Assembly: GCA_951406725.2 (NCBI GenBank)
Contig: OX597817.1
Span: forward strand, 140,926,001-140,990,000
Source of the DNA: Octopus vulgaris
Lineage: Eukaryota
Direction of reading: 5' to 3'
DNA: 64,000 nucleotides
The position numbers and the translations under genes were made by a program. The notes under the pieces are model-generated. The model saw only the letters and a program-made list of their open reading frames with translations, was not told where the DNA came from and made no database searches. Positions within the stretch are counted from its first letter, which is position 1. Each line of letters opens with the position of its first letter. Below are positions 13,688 to 26,503 of this stretch, one piece after another.

Positions 13688-15395
13688 CATCATCATCGTT
13701 GTTTGATGTCAACTTTCTAAGCTGGCATGGGTTGGACAGTTTAACTGAGAACTGGCAAGCCAGGAGGCTGCACCAGGCTCCAATCTGAGTTGGCAAGGTT
13801 TCTACAGCTAGATGCCCTTCTTAACGCCAACCACTCCAAGAGTGTAGTGGGTGCTTTTTATGTGCCACCAACACGGGAGCCAGTCAAGTGGCACTGGCAT
13901 CAGCCAGAACTACGATTTTACTCGGTTCAACAGGTCTTCACAAGCACAGCATATTACCAAATGATTGAAGGGTACTTTTAAATGGGTCAGTTATGCGACA
14001 CTGGTATTGGCCATGACTACAATCTCACATGGCTCACTGGGTCTTCTCCAACACAGTATATCTCCAAAGGTCTCAGTCATTTGTCGTTGCCTCTGTGAAG
14101 CCCAATGTTTGATGGTTGTGCTTCACCACCTCATCCCATGTCTTCTGGGTCTACCTCTTCCACAAGTTCCCTCCAATGTTAGGGTGACACAACAGCTGTC
14201 CTCATCCACACATATCACAGAACCATACCAGCACAATCATCTCTCTTGCACACCACATCTGATGCCTCTAATGTCCAACTTTTCTTCAGGGTGCTAACAT
14301 CGTGTATGCACACAAACATTACACATTTGGCGGAGCATATTTGCTTCATTTTCTTCAAACCTACGCATGTCCTCAGCACTCAGAGCCCATGTTTCACTGC
14401 CATATAGCATAGCTGTTCGCACACAGGTATCATACAGTCTACTTTCCACTCTGAGTGAGAAGCCCTTTGTTACCAACACAGGTAGGAGCTCTCTGAACAT
14501 TACCCAGGCTATTCTTATTCTAGCAGCTACACTCTCAGAGCATCCACCCCAGCTACTGATTTGGTCCCCTAGGTAACAGAAGCTATCAACTACTTATAGT
14601 TTTTCCCCCTGGCATGTAATGGAATGTATTTTCTGCACATTTTTGGTTTTCATTGCTCCTGAGCATTTGCCACACAAAAAAACTATCTTCCCACTTAGCC
14701 TTCCTTTGATATTGCTGCACCTCTTATGCATCCATCGCTTACACCATGTACATCTTACGGAGTTTCTACCTATGCCTAAAGGATTTGTGATTCCTTTGCC
14801 TTCCTACTTACTAAGACATTGGTTTTTGCTAGGTTAACTCTAAAGCCCTTAAATTTTAGACCTTGCTTCCACACCTGAAACTTCTCCACTAGTTCTGGCA
14901 GTGATTCAGCTATTAGAGCAACATCATCAGCATAGAGGAGCTCCCAGGGGCGGCCTGTCTTGAATTCCTCTATTATTGTCTGAAGGATTATGATGAACTG
15001 AAGAGCTGAGGACTGATACTTGGTGAACACCTACTTCTACCTGGAATTCTTCATTATACTCGTTACCAGCCTCACCTTACTAACAGCATCCCTGTACATG
15101 GCTTGTACAGCTCTCACTAACCGCTCATATATCCCTAGTTTCTGCATTGACCACCAGATAAGGGATCGGAGGGACCCTGTCAAAGGCTTTCTCCACATCA
15201 ACGAAAGCCAAGTACAGAGGTTTATCTTTGGCTCAGTATTTCTCCTGCAGCTGTCTTACCAGAAATATAGCATCAGTGGTGCTTCTCCCTGGCACAAATC
15301 CAAACTTCATTTCATGTAACCTAACTCTCTCCCTAATTAGTTGGGCTATGACCCTCTCTGTGATTTTCACCACCTGATCCAACAATTTGATACCT
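13688..15395 (-). mobile_element. 5'-truncated RTE-clade LINE: RT remnant plus 3' UTR and (GAT)n tail
   Basis: FGFVPGRSTTDAIFLVRQLQEKY, ELLYADDVALIAES, LYGSETW and GRPRKTW-like motifs, continuous with the GGAAGGGCATC...CATGCCAGC...GATGATG tail. Confidence 0.92.
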
Positions 15396-15409
15396 ACCAA
15401 AATATGTAT

Positions 15410-16195
15410 GTGTATAGACCTAGGAAGACCTGGGATAAAGTGGTGAAGCATGACCTTTGAACTTTAGGCCTCACCACGGAAATGACTAGTGACTGAGACC
15501 ATTGGAAATATGCTGTGCTTGAGAAGACCCGGCAAGCCAAATAAGATAATAACTGCGTGGCCTGTGCCAGGGGCGTAACCAACCCACTTGTGCATGCCTT
15601 TTCCTTCTTTGGACACTAATCTCTGCTTACGAAGACCTGTTGAGGCAAGTGAAATCGAAATCAAAATCAAAGTGAAATTCGATGACAGGCACGAGCACCA
15701 TACGAGTGTAATCGTTGACAGAGTGGCTAACCGGCTTCCATGCCAGTGGAACATAAAAGGCACCATTCGAGTGTGATCATTGCCAGCTTCGCCTTACTGG
15801 CACTTGTGCCCCATGATAGTAGGGTGCTAAGAGCACCATCCGAACGTGATCGTTGCAAGAGCGGCTATCTGGCCTCCATGCCGGTGGCATGTAGGAGGCA
15901 CCATTCGAGCAGGATTGTTACCAGCATCGCTTTACCGGCACCTGTGCCATTGGCATGTGTAAAAGATTCGAGCAAGGTTGTTGCCAGTACCGCCTGACTG
16001 GCCCTGTCCCGGTGGCACATAAAAGCACCCACTACACTCTTGGAGTGGTTGGTGTTAGGCAGGGCATCCAGCTGTAGAAACTCTGCCAGATCAAGATTGG
16101 AGCCTGGTGCAGCCATCTGGTTCGCCAGCCCACACTCAACCTGTCCAACCCATGCTAGCATGGAAAGCGGACGTTAAACGACGATGATGATGATG
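15410..16195 (+). mobile_element. RTE LINE 3' end (RPRKTWDKVVKHDL...WKYAVLEKTRQA) with tandem 3'UTR modules and (GAT)n tail
   Basis: ORF C-terminus is homologous to the reverse complement of 14030-14160 and is followed by the recurrent tail. Confidence 0.88.
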
Positions 16196-16913
16196 ACATA
16201 TACATACACGCAAAAAATATATAGTGAGCATGTTTATTTGGCAAGAAAATAAATGAATAAAAAAACTGGATGTAAAAACCAAAGTAAGGGAAGAGATAAA
16301 AGCAAAAGCTGCGCTGAAAGATTAAGTTGTTAAAATCTTAGGAGTTCATATCTTTACATACAAGTTATATTTGTGTTTGAAAAATCAACAGCAGAAATAA
16401 ATCTTTCAGTGATTCTAGAAGAAGGAGAAAGTAAATTAATTCACAGCAAGTATTCTAATGATAGCAAATGAAAAATATCACAAATGATAGGTGAGGTATT
16501 ACGGAATGATAATAATAATAATAAAGTAATGGTACGTGAACCAGGGGAAATCATGATATTTCTCCTTTTATTATAATTATTATTATTATTTGTTGTTCTT
16601 GTTGCTGCTGTTGTTTGTTTGTTTCTTTTTTTTTTTCCACCACAGAGCTTCTGTAATAAGGGTGGTTGAAAAACTGCCAATCAAAAAGAAAAGCTTGGGT
16701 GGCTGCCAGAGGGTGGGTTTGCGAGGTGGCTACATTACCATGTTGTGTATGGATGCTTCAAGTGATTTTTTTCCATTGATGAAAAACTAGTTAATGGATC
16801 AGTTAGGAAAAGATTTGCTAGCAAGGAAACAAGAGCTGGGAAGTTGCCATCAACAGCAACTGGTGTACAGACAGTGTGGTAGTTTCTGTAGTACTTTACT
16901 GATATTCACTCAC

Positions 16914-16999
16914 AGTAAAAGGCAGGCTTTCACCGAGGAGATTAACACAGACATGCCAATTGTTGTCGATACAGACAAGACAGCAATGTTTGTTTGGTT
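16914..16999 (-). CDS. Candidate downstream exon (EPNKHCCLVCIDNNWHVCVNLLGESLPFT)
   Basis: TAG acceptor, GTGAGT donor, 86 nt. Phase 1 entry fits exon 21954-22077. Unique sequence. Confidence 0.25.
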
Positions 17000-17949
17000 C
17001 TACAATATAGATATTAAATACATGCTATGATACGATACATATTCCCTCTAGTTTTCTCTCTCTCTCTCACACTCCCTCCTTCTTTCTCTCTCTCTTTCTC
17101 ATCAGGCTCTCATTCAAGCTAATTCCTTCTGTATCTCTTTAACACCTGAAGGACACATCAAGTACCACAATAGGCATTTCCTTCTCTAATATATGTATAT
17201 AAGCATCGTGTGTGTGTGTGTGTGTGCACAAGCATATATGCAAGTGTAAGTGTATGCAAACACATTTCTTCCAAGCTTAAATATAATCACAGTCTTCCTA
17301 CACACATCCACTCAGACACACACACTTTACCAACACCCAATACACACAGTAACATTTTACTTTGAAACCTGAGTATATAACTGTGATAATAGCCTGAGAT
17401 TGGTGACAAAACTGCATATACATACATGTATATACATATATATATATATTTCATGCCGGTGACACGTAAAAAGCACCATTCGAGCGTGATTGTTACCAGC
17501 GCCACCTTACTGGTTCTTGTGCCGGTGAGCAGGTGGCATGTAAAAAAAAAACACGATTTTTTCATGGCCGTTACCAGTACCACTTAACTGGCCCTTGTGC
17601 TGGTGGCACGTAAAAGCACCCACTACACTCTCGGAGTGGTTGACGTTAGGAAGGGCATCCAGCTGTAGAAACTCTGCTAGATCAAGATTGGAGCCTGGTG
17701 CAGCCATCTGGTTCGCCAGCCCTCAGTCAAAATCGTCCAACCCATGCTAGCATGGAAAGCGGACATTAAACGATAATGATGATGATGATGAGATACCTTC
17801 CTAACATACCATACTGCCCACCCATATAATACACCATTATTCATAATCTCAACAACCTTAAGCTACTTTCACTTTACTCTGTATTACATATAAACATCAG
17901 GTCAAACACCCACCCACACACACACATTGTATAACAGATGATAATAAGC

Positions 17950-18110
17950 ATGGCTGTGTGAAGTTCACTTCTCAGCCACATAGTTTCAGGTTCAATCCCA
18001 TTGCACACCACCTTGAGCATGTGTCTTCTACTATAGCCCTGGGTCAAGGAAAGCCTTTTAGCGGAACAGGGAGACAGAAACAGAAAGACACCAACACACA
18101 TGTGTATGTG
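17950..18110 (+). mobile_element. Second tRNA-derived SINE family (CORE-like; further copies at about 1-290+, 18800-18950-, 22350-22505-, 47430-47555-, 49525-49660-, 61625-61780-)
   Basis: GGTTCAATCCC B-box followed by CCTTG(A/G)GCA..TGTCTTCTACTATAGCC, recurring across the window. Confidence 0.65.
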
Positions 18111-18539
18111 TGCGTGTGTGTCTCCTTGCTTTGATTTCTAGCGATAGCTGTAAATGGGTAAATCACCATCATACAAAGGATGCCATTCATTTGGCGTTGT
18201 CCATAACATGTTTGGCCATAGGAGTGCATGGGAAAGTGGACACAAAAACAATGATAATCAACAAACAAAGGGTCAAATGCCCACTGTCTCATTCGTCCAC
18301 ACTGCTTTTACTTCTGTTTTCCCATGCTAGTATGGGTTAGATGAATACTACTGAGACATTATTTTACAGTTGGATACCCTACCAGTTGCTAATTGTTACT
18401 TGTTTTTTCAAGTAAGGAATACCTTAACCGAAATAGCTTTGAAGGCACAAAGCCATTGACAGGAGAAACAACATCTCTGGCTAGTAGCCAAGAGATTTCT
18501 GGAGAAACACAAATGTACAGGCACACAGATGTATGTATG

Positions 18540-18589
<50 letters not shown>

Positions 18590-20117
18590 GAAATGCTAAG
18601 CGGTATTTCACCCATCGCTATGTTCTGAGTTCAAATTCCACCGAGGTCGACTTTGCTTTTCATCCTTTCGGGGTCAATAAATAAAGTATCAGTTTCGCAC
18701 TGAGGTCGATGTAATCAACCTAATCCCTTTGTCTGACCTTGTTTGTCCCTTCTATGTTTAGCCCCTTGTGGGTAGTAAAGAAAAAAAATATATATATAAG
18801 GTTCCTTTCATTATCCATCTACCAAATCCCTTCACAAGGTTTTGGTCAACTCAGGGTTATTGCTGAATACACTTGTCCAAGGTATTGTGCAGTGGAAATG
18901 ACCCCAAAACCTTGTGGTTGGGAACAAGCTTCCTAACCACATGACCTTGTCTGCATTTTTGTATATCAGACAAAAACCATCTTGCTCACCAACCCACACA
19001 CTCACAAACATCATCATCATTCATATCCCCTTTCTATGTTGACATGGATTAACAAAAACCTTCATAGACCAAGCAAGCTCTTTTCTGGAGTTACTGCTCT
19101 CCATGACAAGTCAAAGAAGAAGAAGAAGAAGGAGGGGGAGGGGGAAGAGGAGCTGCCGCTGCCACCGCCGCCGCCACCACCACCACCACCATTTAATGTC
19201 CAAGTTGCATGTTGCCGTGAGTTGTATCATTTGACAGGATCCAGCTGGCCCAAAAACTACATCATGTCTGAGTGTCTGCTTTGGCATGGTTTGTGTGGGC
19301 TGGATGCCCTTCCTAATGCCAACCACTTTACAGAGTGTGAACTAGGTGCTTCTTTCATGCCACAAGCACCAGTGAGGTCACCATGCTGCTTGCAAAACTA
19401 TGACAGCCAAGTGAAGTGGGGGGTACAGCTTCATGGTAACATATCAGGATTAAGATACAAGAGAGTGAAACAGAGCAAGTTCTTGGAGAAGACCCACATG
19501 GCTATTCTCATTTATGAGAGAAAATGAAAAATGAATCAATGGTAGCTGCAAAGAGATAAATATTGGCGATACAGTGACCAGATGTGAGTGAGAGGGTAAA
19601 GAAAGTAGAGAGTGACGACTGAGATGATAAAAAGAAAGAGAGTATCCGTATAAACATGACATGGGGGGGTAGTAACAAGGGAGAAAATGGTAGAGAGGAA
19701 GTAATGCAAGAGAGACCATGATAGCTATATGTTGGCTGTTGATAAGGTGGCTGAAGCAGAGCAACAAAGATAGGTGGTGGTATGTGTGGTGAATGTCAAT
19801 GAAGGGCAACATGGAAGAGGGGGGGGATGCTGGAAAGGGAAACAATGTAGAGGACAGATCAAATTAACATACTTTATTACACAGACCTCATAATGGAATA
19901 GAGTGATGATGAGTAATTGGTAGAGTGCTGGAGTGATCATGAGAGTCTGGGTGGAAAGCAGACAAAGCCAATCACATCTACTATTACAGACAAATAGAAC
20001 AGTGACTAGAAGAGAGGATGAGGGTAACAAAGGAGTGCAGTAAAGATGCAAAAGTCCTAAAGTATCCATCACCATTTTAACAGTGTTTGCATGAGTAAGT
20101 GGAGTTTTCTTCAGCAT

Positions 20118-20320
20118 GGGCATATGGCATAGTGGTTAAGAGTGTGGGCTACTAACTTCGAGATTCTGAGTTCGATTCCAGGCAGTGACCTGAATAATAA
20201 TTATATCGAAAAATACCTCAGGAATGAGAACCTAGGTTTGAAATTTCCCCAAGACACCTGATGAAGGCTGGAGGGTACATCAGCCGAAATGTTGTGTTAA
20301 CAACAAACAAGATGAGGACC
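20118..20320 (+). mobile_element. tRNA-derived SINE-like element ending in a hammerhead ribozyme-like fold
   Basis: A-box TGGCATAGTGG at 20125-35, B-box GTTCGATTC at 20170-78. CTGATGA 20258-64, stem GGCTG/CAGCC, GAAA 20286-89, stem ACAC/GTGT. Confidence 0.7.
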
Positions 20321-20695
20321 CTGTTGCAAGCCCTTTTTTCATCTCTTTTGTAAGAGATCAATTGTCATCACTTCATCTTTTCTCTCTCCCTCACTCTCTT
20401 CCTAGACATGTCACATGCCAGCCATGCCAGTACAGTCTTCTGTTCTACATCTGATTCCTCTTGTGATCAACTTTTCTCCTAGAACATGTGCTCAGCCTTT
20501 CATGCATACTAACATTACACATCCAGTAAAGCACTTTCACTTCACAAATCTTCCACGTTCAAGGCCCAGATTCCACTACCATGCTGCATCACATTTCACA
20601 CATATCCATCATATAATCTGCCCTTTACTCTGATGTAGAATCCTTTTGGTTACCTGTAGAGGTAATATATTGCAGTCTTTTTCACCAACTCATCC

Positions 20696-20921
20696 TTAAC
20701 CCTTTAGCATTTAAACTGGCTACAACCAGCCCAAATATTCAACCCATTTTTTATGTTCAAACCGTCCACGTTTGGCCTCTCACACCTACCCTACAATGTC
20801 ATTCTAAAAATAAACATTCGTATCATTGAAATCTCAAAGCTCCAAGATAAAACATGATTCATTCAAAACAATGTGAATAGATAAGCATTACATTTGACAG
20901 AATAAACCAAATGCTGATTAA
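20696..20921. mobile_element. Possible piggyBac-like MITE
   Basis: TTAA|CCCTTTAGCATTT left end, degenerate AAATGCTGA|TTAA right end. Confidence 0.45.
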
Positions 20922-21953
20922 TTCATTTGGCTACTATACTTTTACAACACCCACTTCTATTGTTAATTAAATTGGCCGAGGTAGCAAAAGTTGTCAATTT
21001 CTAGGAAGCCATTTTCTGTATAATGAAGAAATTCATTTCATCGTCATCGTTTAACGTCCGCTTTCCATGCTAGTATGGGTTGGACGATTTTGACTGAGGG
21101 CTGGCAAACCAGATGGCTGCACCAGGCCCCAATCTTGATTTGGCAGAGTTTCTACAGCTTGATGCCCTTCCTTACGCCAACCACTCCGAGAGTGTATTGG
21201 GTGCTTTTACGTGCAGCCGGCACGAGGCCAGTCAGGCAGCCCTGGCAATGACCTCGCTCGAATCTTTTACACATGCCACCGGCACAGGTGCCAGTAAGGC
21301 GATGCTGGTAACGATCACGCTCGAATGGTGTCTTTTATGTGCCACCGGCAGAGGCCAGATAGCCGCTCTGGCAATGATCATGCTCGGATGGTGCTCTTAA
21401 TTCCCTACTTGCACGGGGCTCGAGTGCCAGTAATGCGACGCTTACTGTTAACTCCTTTTGAACACACCCACCACATATAAAGCCGACATTCTTTGTCATT
21501 CTGCCTCTGATCCCACAACACCCACTGTGTAAGGTGTACAGGGTAAGGAGTCTTTACCAACTTCTTTTCTGCATATCAGGCACTTCCTCTTTTTCTAATG
21601 GCAGCAGAGTCTTGTGTTCTTAAACACATGCTGGATATCAGATGATATCAATACAAACAGCCACCACCACAACACCACAAACACAGATACTTCCAATGAA
21701 TGTGAAAAATGAGGACCTTTAGTAGTTTCCCAACTTTCTAGAAATAGCAACCAAATCTCCCTCAAATCAGAGCCCCACCCCACTCCACCCCGCTCCAACC
21801 TTTCCAAAGTATGAGTGACAGAGCTCAATGCATTTGTACAAAAGAGAGGATGTTCATGGCTAGATTCAAATAACAAATACAATTTTTCCTCATAAAAATA
21901 ATAAAGCATAACAACAAAAATAAGAGCAAGAAAATATGAGCTACTTTACTGAC

Positions 21954-22077
21954 CTTTGTTAGTTGAATGTGACAGATATTTGTTTAGGGTATTACTGGTA
22001 CCATCTGACTTGTAATCTGCCAGTTTTTTCCCAATAATAATGGGTAAAGTTGAATATTTCGATGGGGTTTCTTCTTC
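21954..22077 (-). CDS. ECT2: Probable ECT2 tail exon (EEETPSKYSTLPIIIGKKLADYKSDGTSNTLNKYLSHSTNK)
   Basis: TTTCTATTTTCTATGTGATACAG acceptor, AAG|GTCAGT donor, 124 nt, phase 0/1, open in the frame required by exon 27523-27615. Confidence 0.6.
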
Positions 22078-23336
22078 CTGTATCACATAGAAAATAGAAA
22101 AGACATGAGTGGCAAGTGGTGGGTATTATCTTTTATTTTACTTGTTTCAATCATTAGACTATGGCCATGCTGGGGCACTGCCTTGAAGAATTTATAGTCC
22201 AGTACTTACTTTTTTTTTATAAAGCCCAGAACTTATTCTATAATTGCTTTTTGCTGAATAACTAAATTACAGGGATGTAAACAAACCAACATCTGTTGTC
22301 AAGTAGTGGTAGGGGACAAACACACATACACGCACACACACATATATACATGATAGGCTTCTTCTAGTTTCCATGTACCAAATCCACTCACAAGGCTTTG
22401 GTCAACCCAAGGTTAAGATAGAAGATACATGTCCAAGGGCCAAGCAGTGGGATTGAAACCAGAACTATGTGATTGGGAAACAAACTTCTTATCACACAGC
22501 CACACTTGTTCCTGGTAGGGTGCCTGTCGTTTACATAACAATATTCACAAGTCAAGGGGTCAATCTGCAGCAACGAGGTTATGTACTGCAAGGCTGTGTG
22601 GAGAAAATGAGTCCATTAACATTTTCAGGCAAGTCTTTCTTCAAAAATGGACCATCAAAACCGGTGACATTTTCTTAATAAAACAGAATAGTTTCACATT
22701 ACAAATAAGGTGTGAAAAGTGCAATATTTCATGCCCTTTATAAGTGAAGTAAATCATCATCATCAACATCATCATCATCATTTAACGTCCGCTTTCCATG
22801 CTAGCATGGGTTGGACGATTTGACTGATCTGGCAACTAAACAAAACAGAAGAACCTAGCAAAACAGAGAGAAATGGTGCTACATGTCGGATTGACTGGAA
22901 GGAAGGAAGTGGCTGGCAGCGTGGGTGGCAAGGGAGAGACAACAGTGACCTGGCAAAAGTGTGCATGCGTGCACATGTGAAGATAATGTCTGCATGCGTA
23001 TATATATATTGGTAAGCGTGTATGCATGTGTGAGCAAGCACATGAGGATGAAGACTAGGTGAGCATGTGCTTGTGTTTGCATGAGAGTGCATGCATGTAC
23101 GTGTGTGCAAATAAGCACGTATGTGTGTGTGTGTGTGTGTGTGCGCGCACGTGTGTGAGTGTGTGTGTGATTGCATGTGTGGAAATTATGAAGCTATTGT
23201 GAGGTTATCAGACATGTGCATATGTGTGTGCGTGCAAGTATATGTAGAAGCTACTACGTGTGTGTATATTATGCGGGTAGCATGTGTGTTCTTCTACCCT
23301 TTTTTAGATGCGTGAGTGTAAGAGGCAGTCAGACAT

Positions 23337-23377
<41 letters not shown>

Positions 23378-25102
23378 GTGTTATGTGTGTTTATGCTTCT
23401 ATGTGTGTGAACGAGTGGGTATGTCCCTGTTTCCATCTGGTGTGCGAACGTGTGTGGGGCAGTTGGATAAAGTGTGTGCATGAGTGCATGAAGTTTATGT
23501 GTATGCTCTGTGCTTGTGCATGTGTATATGTATGCGAGGAGATCTGACACGCATGCATGTTGTAGGAGGAGGAGGATGTGGGTGGGTCAACATGAATGGA
23601 GAAGTCAGGATGCGGGTATGGGGTGACAAGGGAGGTAGGTGTTGCTTGATTATTTGCTCACTACTGTTGACAGAGCGGCTAACCAGCATCCGTGCCAGTG
23701 GCACATAAAAGGCACCATTCCAGTGTGATCGTTACCAGCATCGCCTTACTGGCACTTGTCCCCATGCTAGTAGGGTGCCAAGAGCACCATCCAAGCGTGA
23801 TTGTTGCCAGAGCAGCCAACTGGCTCCATGCTGGCGGCACATAAAAGGCACCATTCCAGTGTGATCGTTACCAGCGTCGCCTTACTGGCACTTGTGCCCG
23901 TGCTAGTAGGGTGCCAAGAGCACCATCCGAGCGTGATCGTTGCCAGAGCAGCCAACTGGCCATATGCCTGTGGCACATAAAAGGGCACCTTTCGAGCGTG
24001 ATCATTACCAGCATCGCCTTACTGGCACCTGTGCCGGTGGCATGTGTAAAAAGATTCAAGCAAGGTCATTGCCAGTACCGCCTGACTGGCCCCCATGCCG
24101 GTGGCACATAAAAAGCACCCACTACACTCTCGGAGTGGTTGGCATAAGGAAGGGCACCCAGCTGTAGAAACACTGCCAGATCAAGATTGGAGCCTGGTGC
24201 AGCCATCTGGTTTGCTAGCCCTCAGTCAAAATCGTCCAACCCATGCTAGCATGGAAGGCAGACGTTAAACGAAACGGTGATTTATGTGTGGAGGTGGAAG
24301 TGTGAATGCAGGTGTGGGTGGAGGAGGAGAAGGAATGTGTGTGTGTGTGTGTGTGTGAGTGTGTGCATGTGAGTGCTAGTGTGTATGGAATAGGAAGGAG
24401 TGTAGGTGTGTGTGGGCACAATGGTGTGTTTGATATGGGTTATAAGTAGAGCAGTGGAGGGGGTAGGAGAGGAGGAGGAGGAGCAATGGCAGCTTAGATG
24501 AGTGTGGACATGGGTTTAGATGAAGAAAGGTGAATTGTGACCATGAGTGACCATCATTCCTCACCACCCCTTGACAACCAGTGTTGGTTTGTTTATGTTT
24601 CAACAAAAGAAACAGACTTAAGTACTGGGGTAAATTTGTTCAACTAAACTATTTCAAGGCAGTGCTCCAGCATGGTTGCAATCGAATGGCTGAAGCACGT
24701 AAAGGACAATGGCTTCATCTCCATAGTCATAAAAACAGAATAAGCTGTCCACCATCGTTGTGCCTGAAGAAGACTTTTTTCAAGACATTCCTAAATAAGA
24801 ACCTTCTGTAAGGAAATATGAAAGGAATGATATTTCAGATGTAAAATGATGTGGTCCACTCGAGAATATAATATCGAATTTTTCGATAAAATATGACATT
24901 TTTAGCAACAAAATAAAAAGGAAAAAATAGTGAAATATATTTAAAAAAAAAAAACCTGTGCAGTACGAAATATGAATACATCTAACAAAACAACCAATTG
25001 AAATCAAGTTAATACTGAGAAAATAAAACTAAATATTTACTTGTGACAAATATATGATAAATTAACCATGAGCTGTGGTTGAAAAACAATCTCTAAGTTT
25101 AC

Positions 25103-25216
25103 CTGGCAAGTGCTACTTGCGGGGACTCGTAGCATTTAGCCTTGTTTCTAGCAATTTCTACAGGTTTTCCCTTTCCCTGTAACATGGCCAATGGCATGTT
25201 TTCACCACTGGGAATG
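25103..25216 (-). CDS. Candidate 114-nt cassette exon (open only in phase 2; premature stop if joined in phase 0)
   Basis: Strong TTTTTTCCCCTGCAG acceptor and CAG|GTAAAC donor. One open frame: IPSGENMPLAMLQGKGKPVEIARNKAKCYESPQVALA. Confidence 0.3.
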
Positions 25217-26156
25217 CTGCAGGGGAAAAAATATATTTTGAAAAATCTTGTTTTACACTTATTTCCATCTAATGTTTGTGTGGGTTCCGCAAAGTTGATG
25301 ATATTTACAGCATAGCTTCAAATGCTGTATTTATTTACATAAATGTTTTCATTTATAATTTGATTTTCACTACTCTTGACATCAGAATTACAAATGTCTC
25401 TTATCTACAATAAAATTGGAAGATTTTCTTTTTGTACTTACTATATATATATGTATATGTGTGTACAGAGAGAGAGAGAGAGCGAGAGCTTAAAATTTGC
25501 GTTTTTGGAACTTGCCATTAATTTTGCAGCAACTGCTGTGTTATTTTATGAAAAATGACCAGCTATAAAACAAAAAATTTATTCCAAATAGAAGTAAAAC
25601 TGTATTAGCCAAATGTTATCAACAACAATTCTAAAAATGATTCTTCTTTATAAATCTATGAAATATCCATGACAACTTTTTCTTCTTTTTTTTTTTTTAT
25701 TTACTTGCTGAGTATAAAAGAAGGAAAAGAGCCCATGGCTGTTGCAGTCCCTCTGAGACTGGAGTGAATTGATGTTATTAGTTTAAATTAAGCTGCTTCG
25801 GGTCAACACATGCAGGAAAGACATCAACAAGAAGATCCCAGAAGGAGAGATGTTCTGGAGAAGAAGGGTTGGACATAGAGGACAGTGTGAGGAAAGGGGG
25901 TGAGAGTGCAACAATGGTGATGAGTGGTTTAAGATACCTGAATAGTGGAAGTTCAAGACCAACCAGCTCCAAGGAACAGAAACCATTATAGTAGCAACTG
26001 AGAAAATTGCCCATCCCATATCAGTAGGGAAGACAGACATTAAATAATAATGATTACGATGGTGATGAGAAAAAGAGAGGAAGTGACAGGACGCCTGTGG
26101 GTCAGAAGCAAGAATTTGGTCCATTGGTGATGTGATGCCAGTCAACTGAGTGACCT

Positions 26157-26297
26157 TTATTTGGTTGATGTCCAAGATGTCAAGTGTGTGTGTAACAACA
26201 GCTCCATCTCAGATATGGAAACAGTCTTCTGTTGTGGGCCATTCTTGAGTTCTGTAGAGTTGTCAACTGCTGTCGATAACTGAATTATCTTCTGGCT
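26157..26297 (-). CDS. Candidate alternative last exon (SQKIIQLSTAVDNSTELKNGPQQKTVSISEMELLLHTHLTSWTSTK*)
   Basis: Acceptor TGACCCTTCTCTTTAG; 46 open codons in phase 0, then TAA. Confidence 0.35.
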   Translation of the reverse strand, partial: SQKIIQLSTAVDNSTELKNGPQQKTVSISEMELLLHTHLTSWTSTK

Positions 26298-26503
26298 CTA
26301 AAGAGAAGGGTCAATCTTTAAGATGAAACTCTAGCAATACCAACGATGTGATTTCATGAGAAGAGAATTTAAACGATAGTGAGACCCAGCATTTGGAGTG
26401 GTTGTGTAGACTCCAGTTGAGTGCCATTCATGATGAGAGATGGTCATGGCGCAGTAGTGTTTCCTTGATTTGAGCAATTCTATATAAAGAAACACTGAGT
26501 TAC

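Noticed and set aside
13688-16195. Twin-priming inversion of a single RTE insertion
   Set aside because: Both halves carry their own 3' UTR and (GAT)n tail and overlap in sequence, so they are two independent insertions.
20118-20190. tRNA gene
   Set aside because: A and B boxes are present but there is no complete acceptor stem or terminator; it continues into a SINE body.
23690-24125. CRISPR-like repeat/spacer pattern (palindromic GTGCCGGTGGCAC repeats with variable spacers)
   Set aside because: The spacers are homologous to each other, the arrays are part of a dispersed RTE 3' UTR in a eukaryotic intron, and there are no cas genes.
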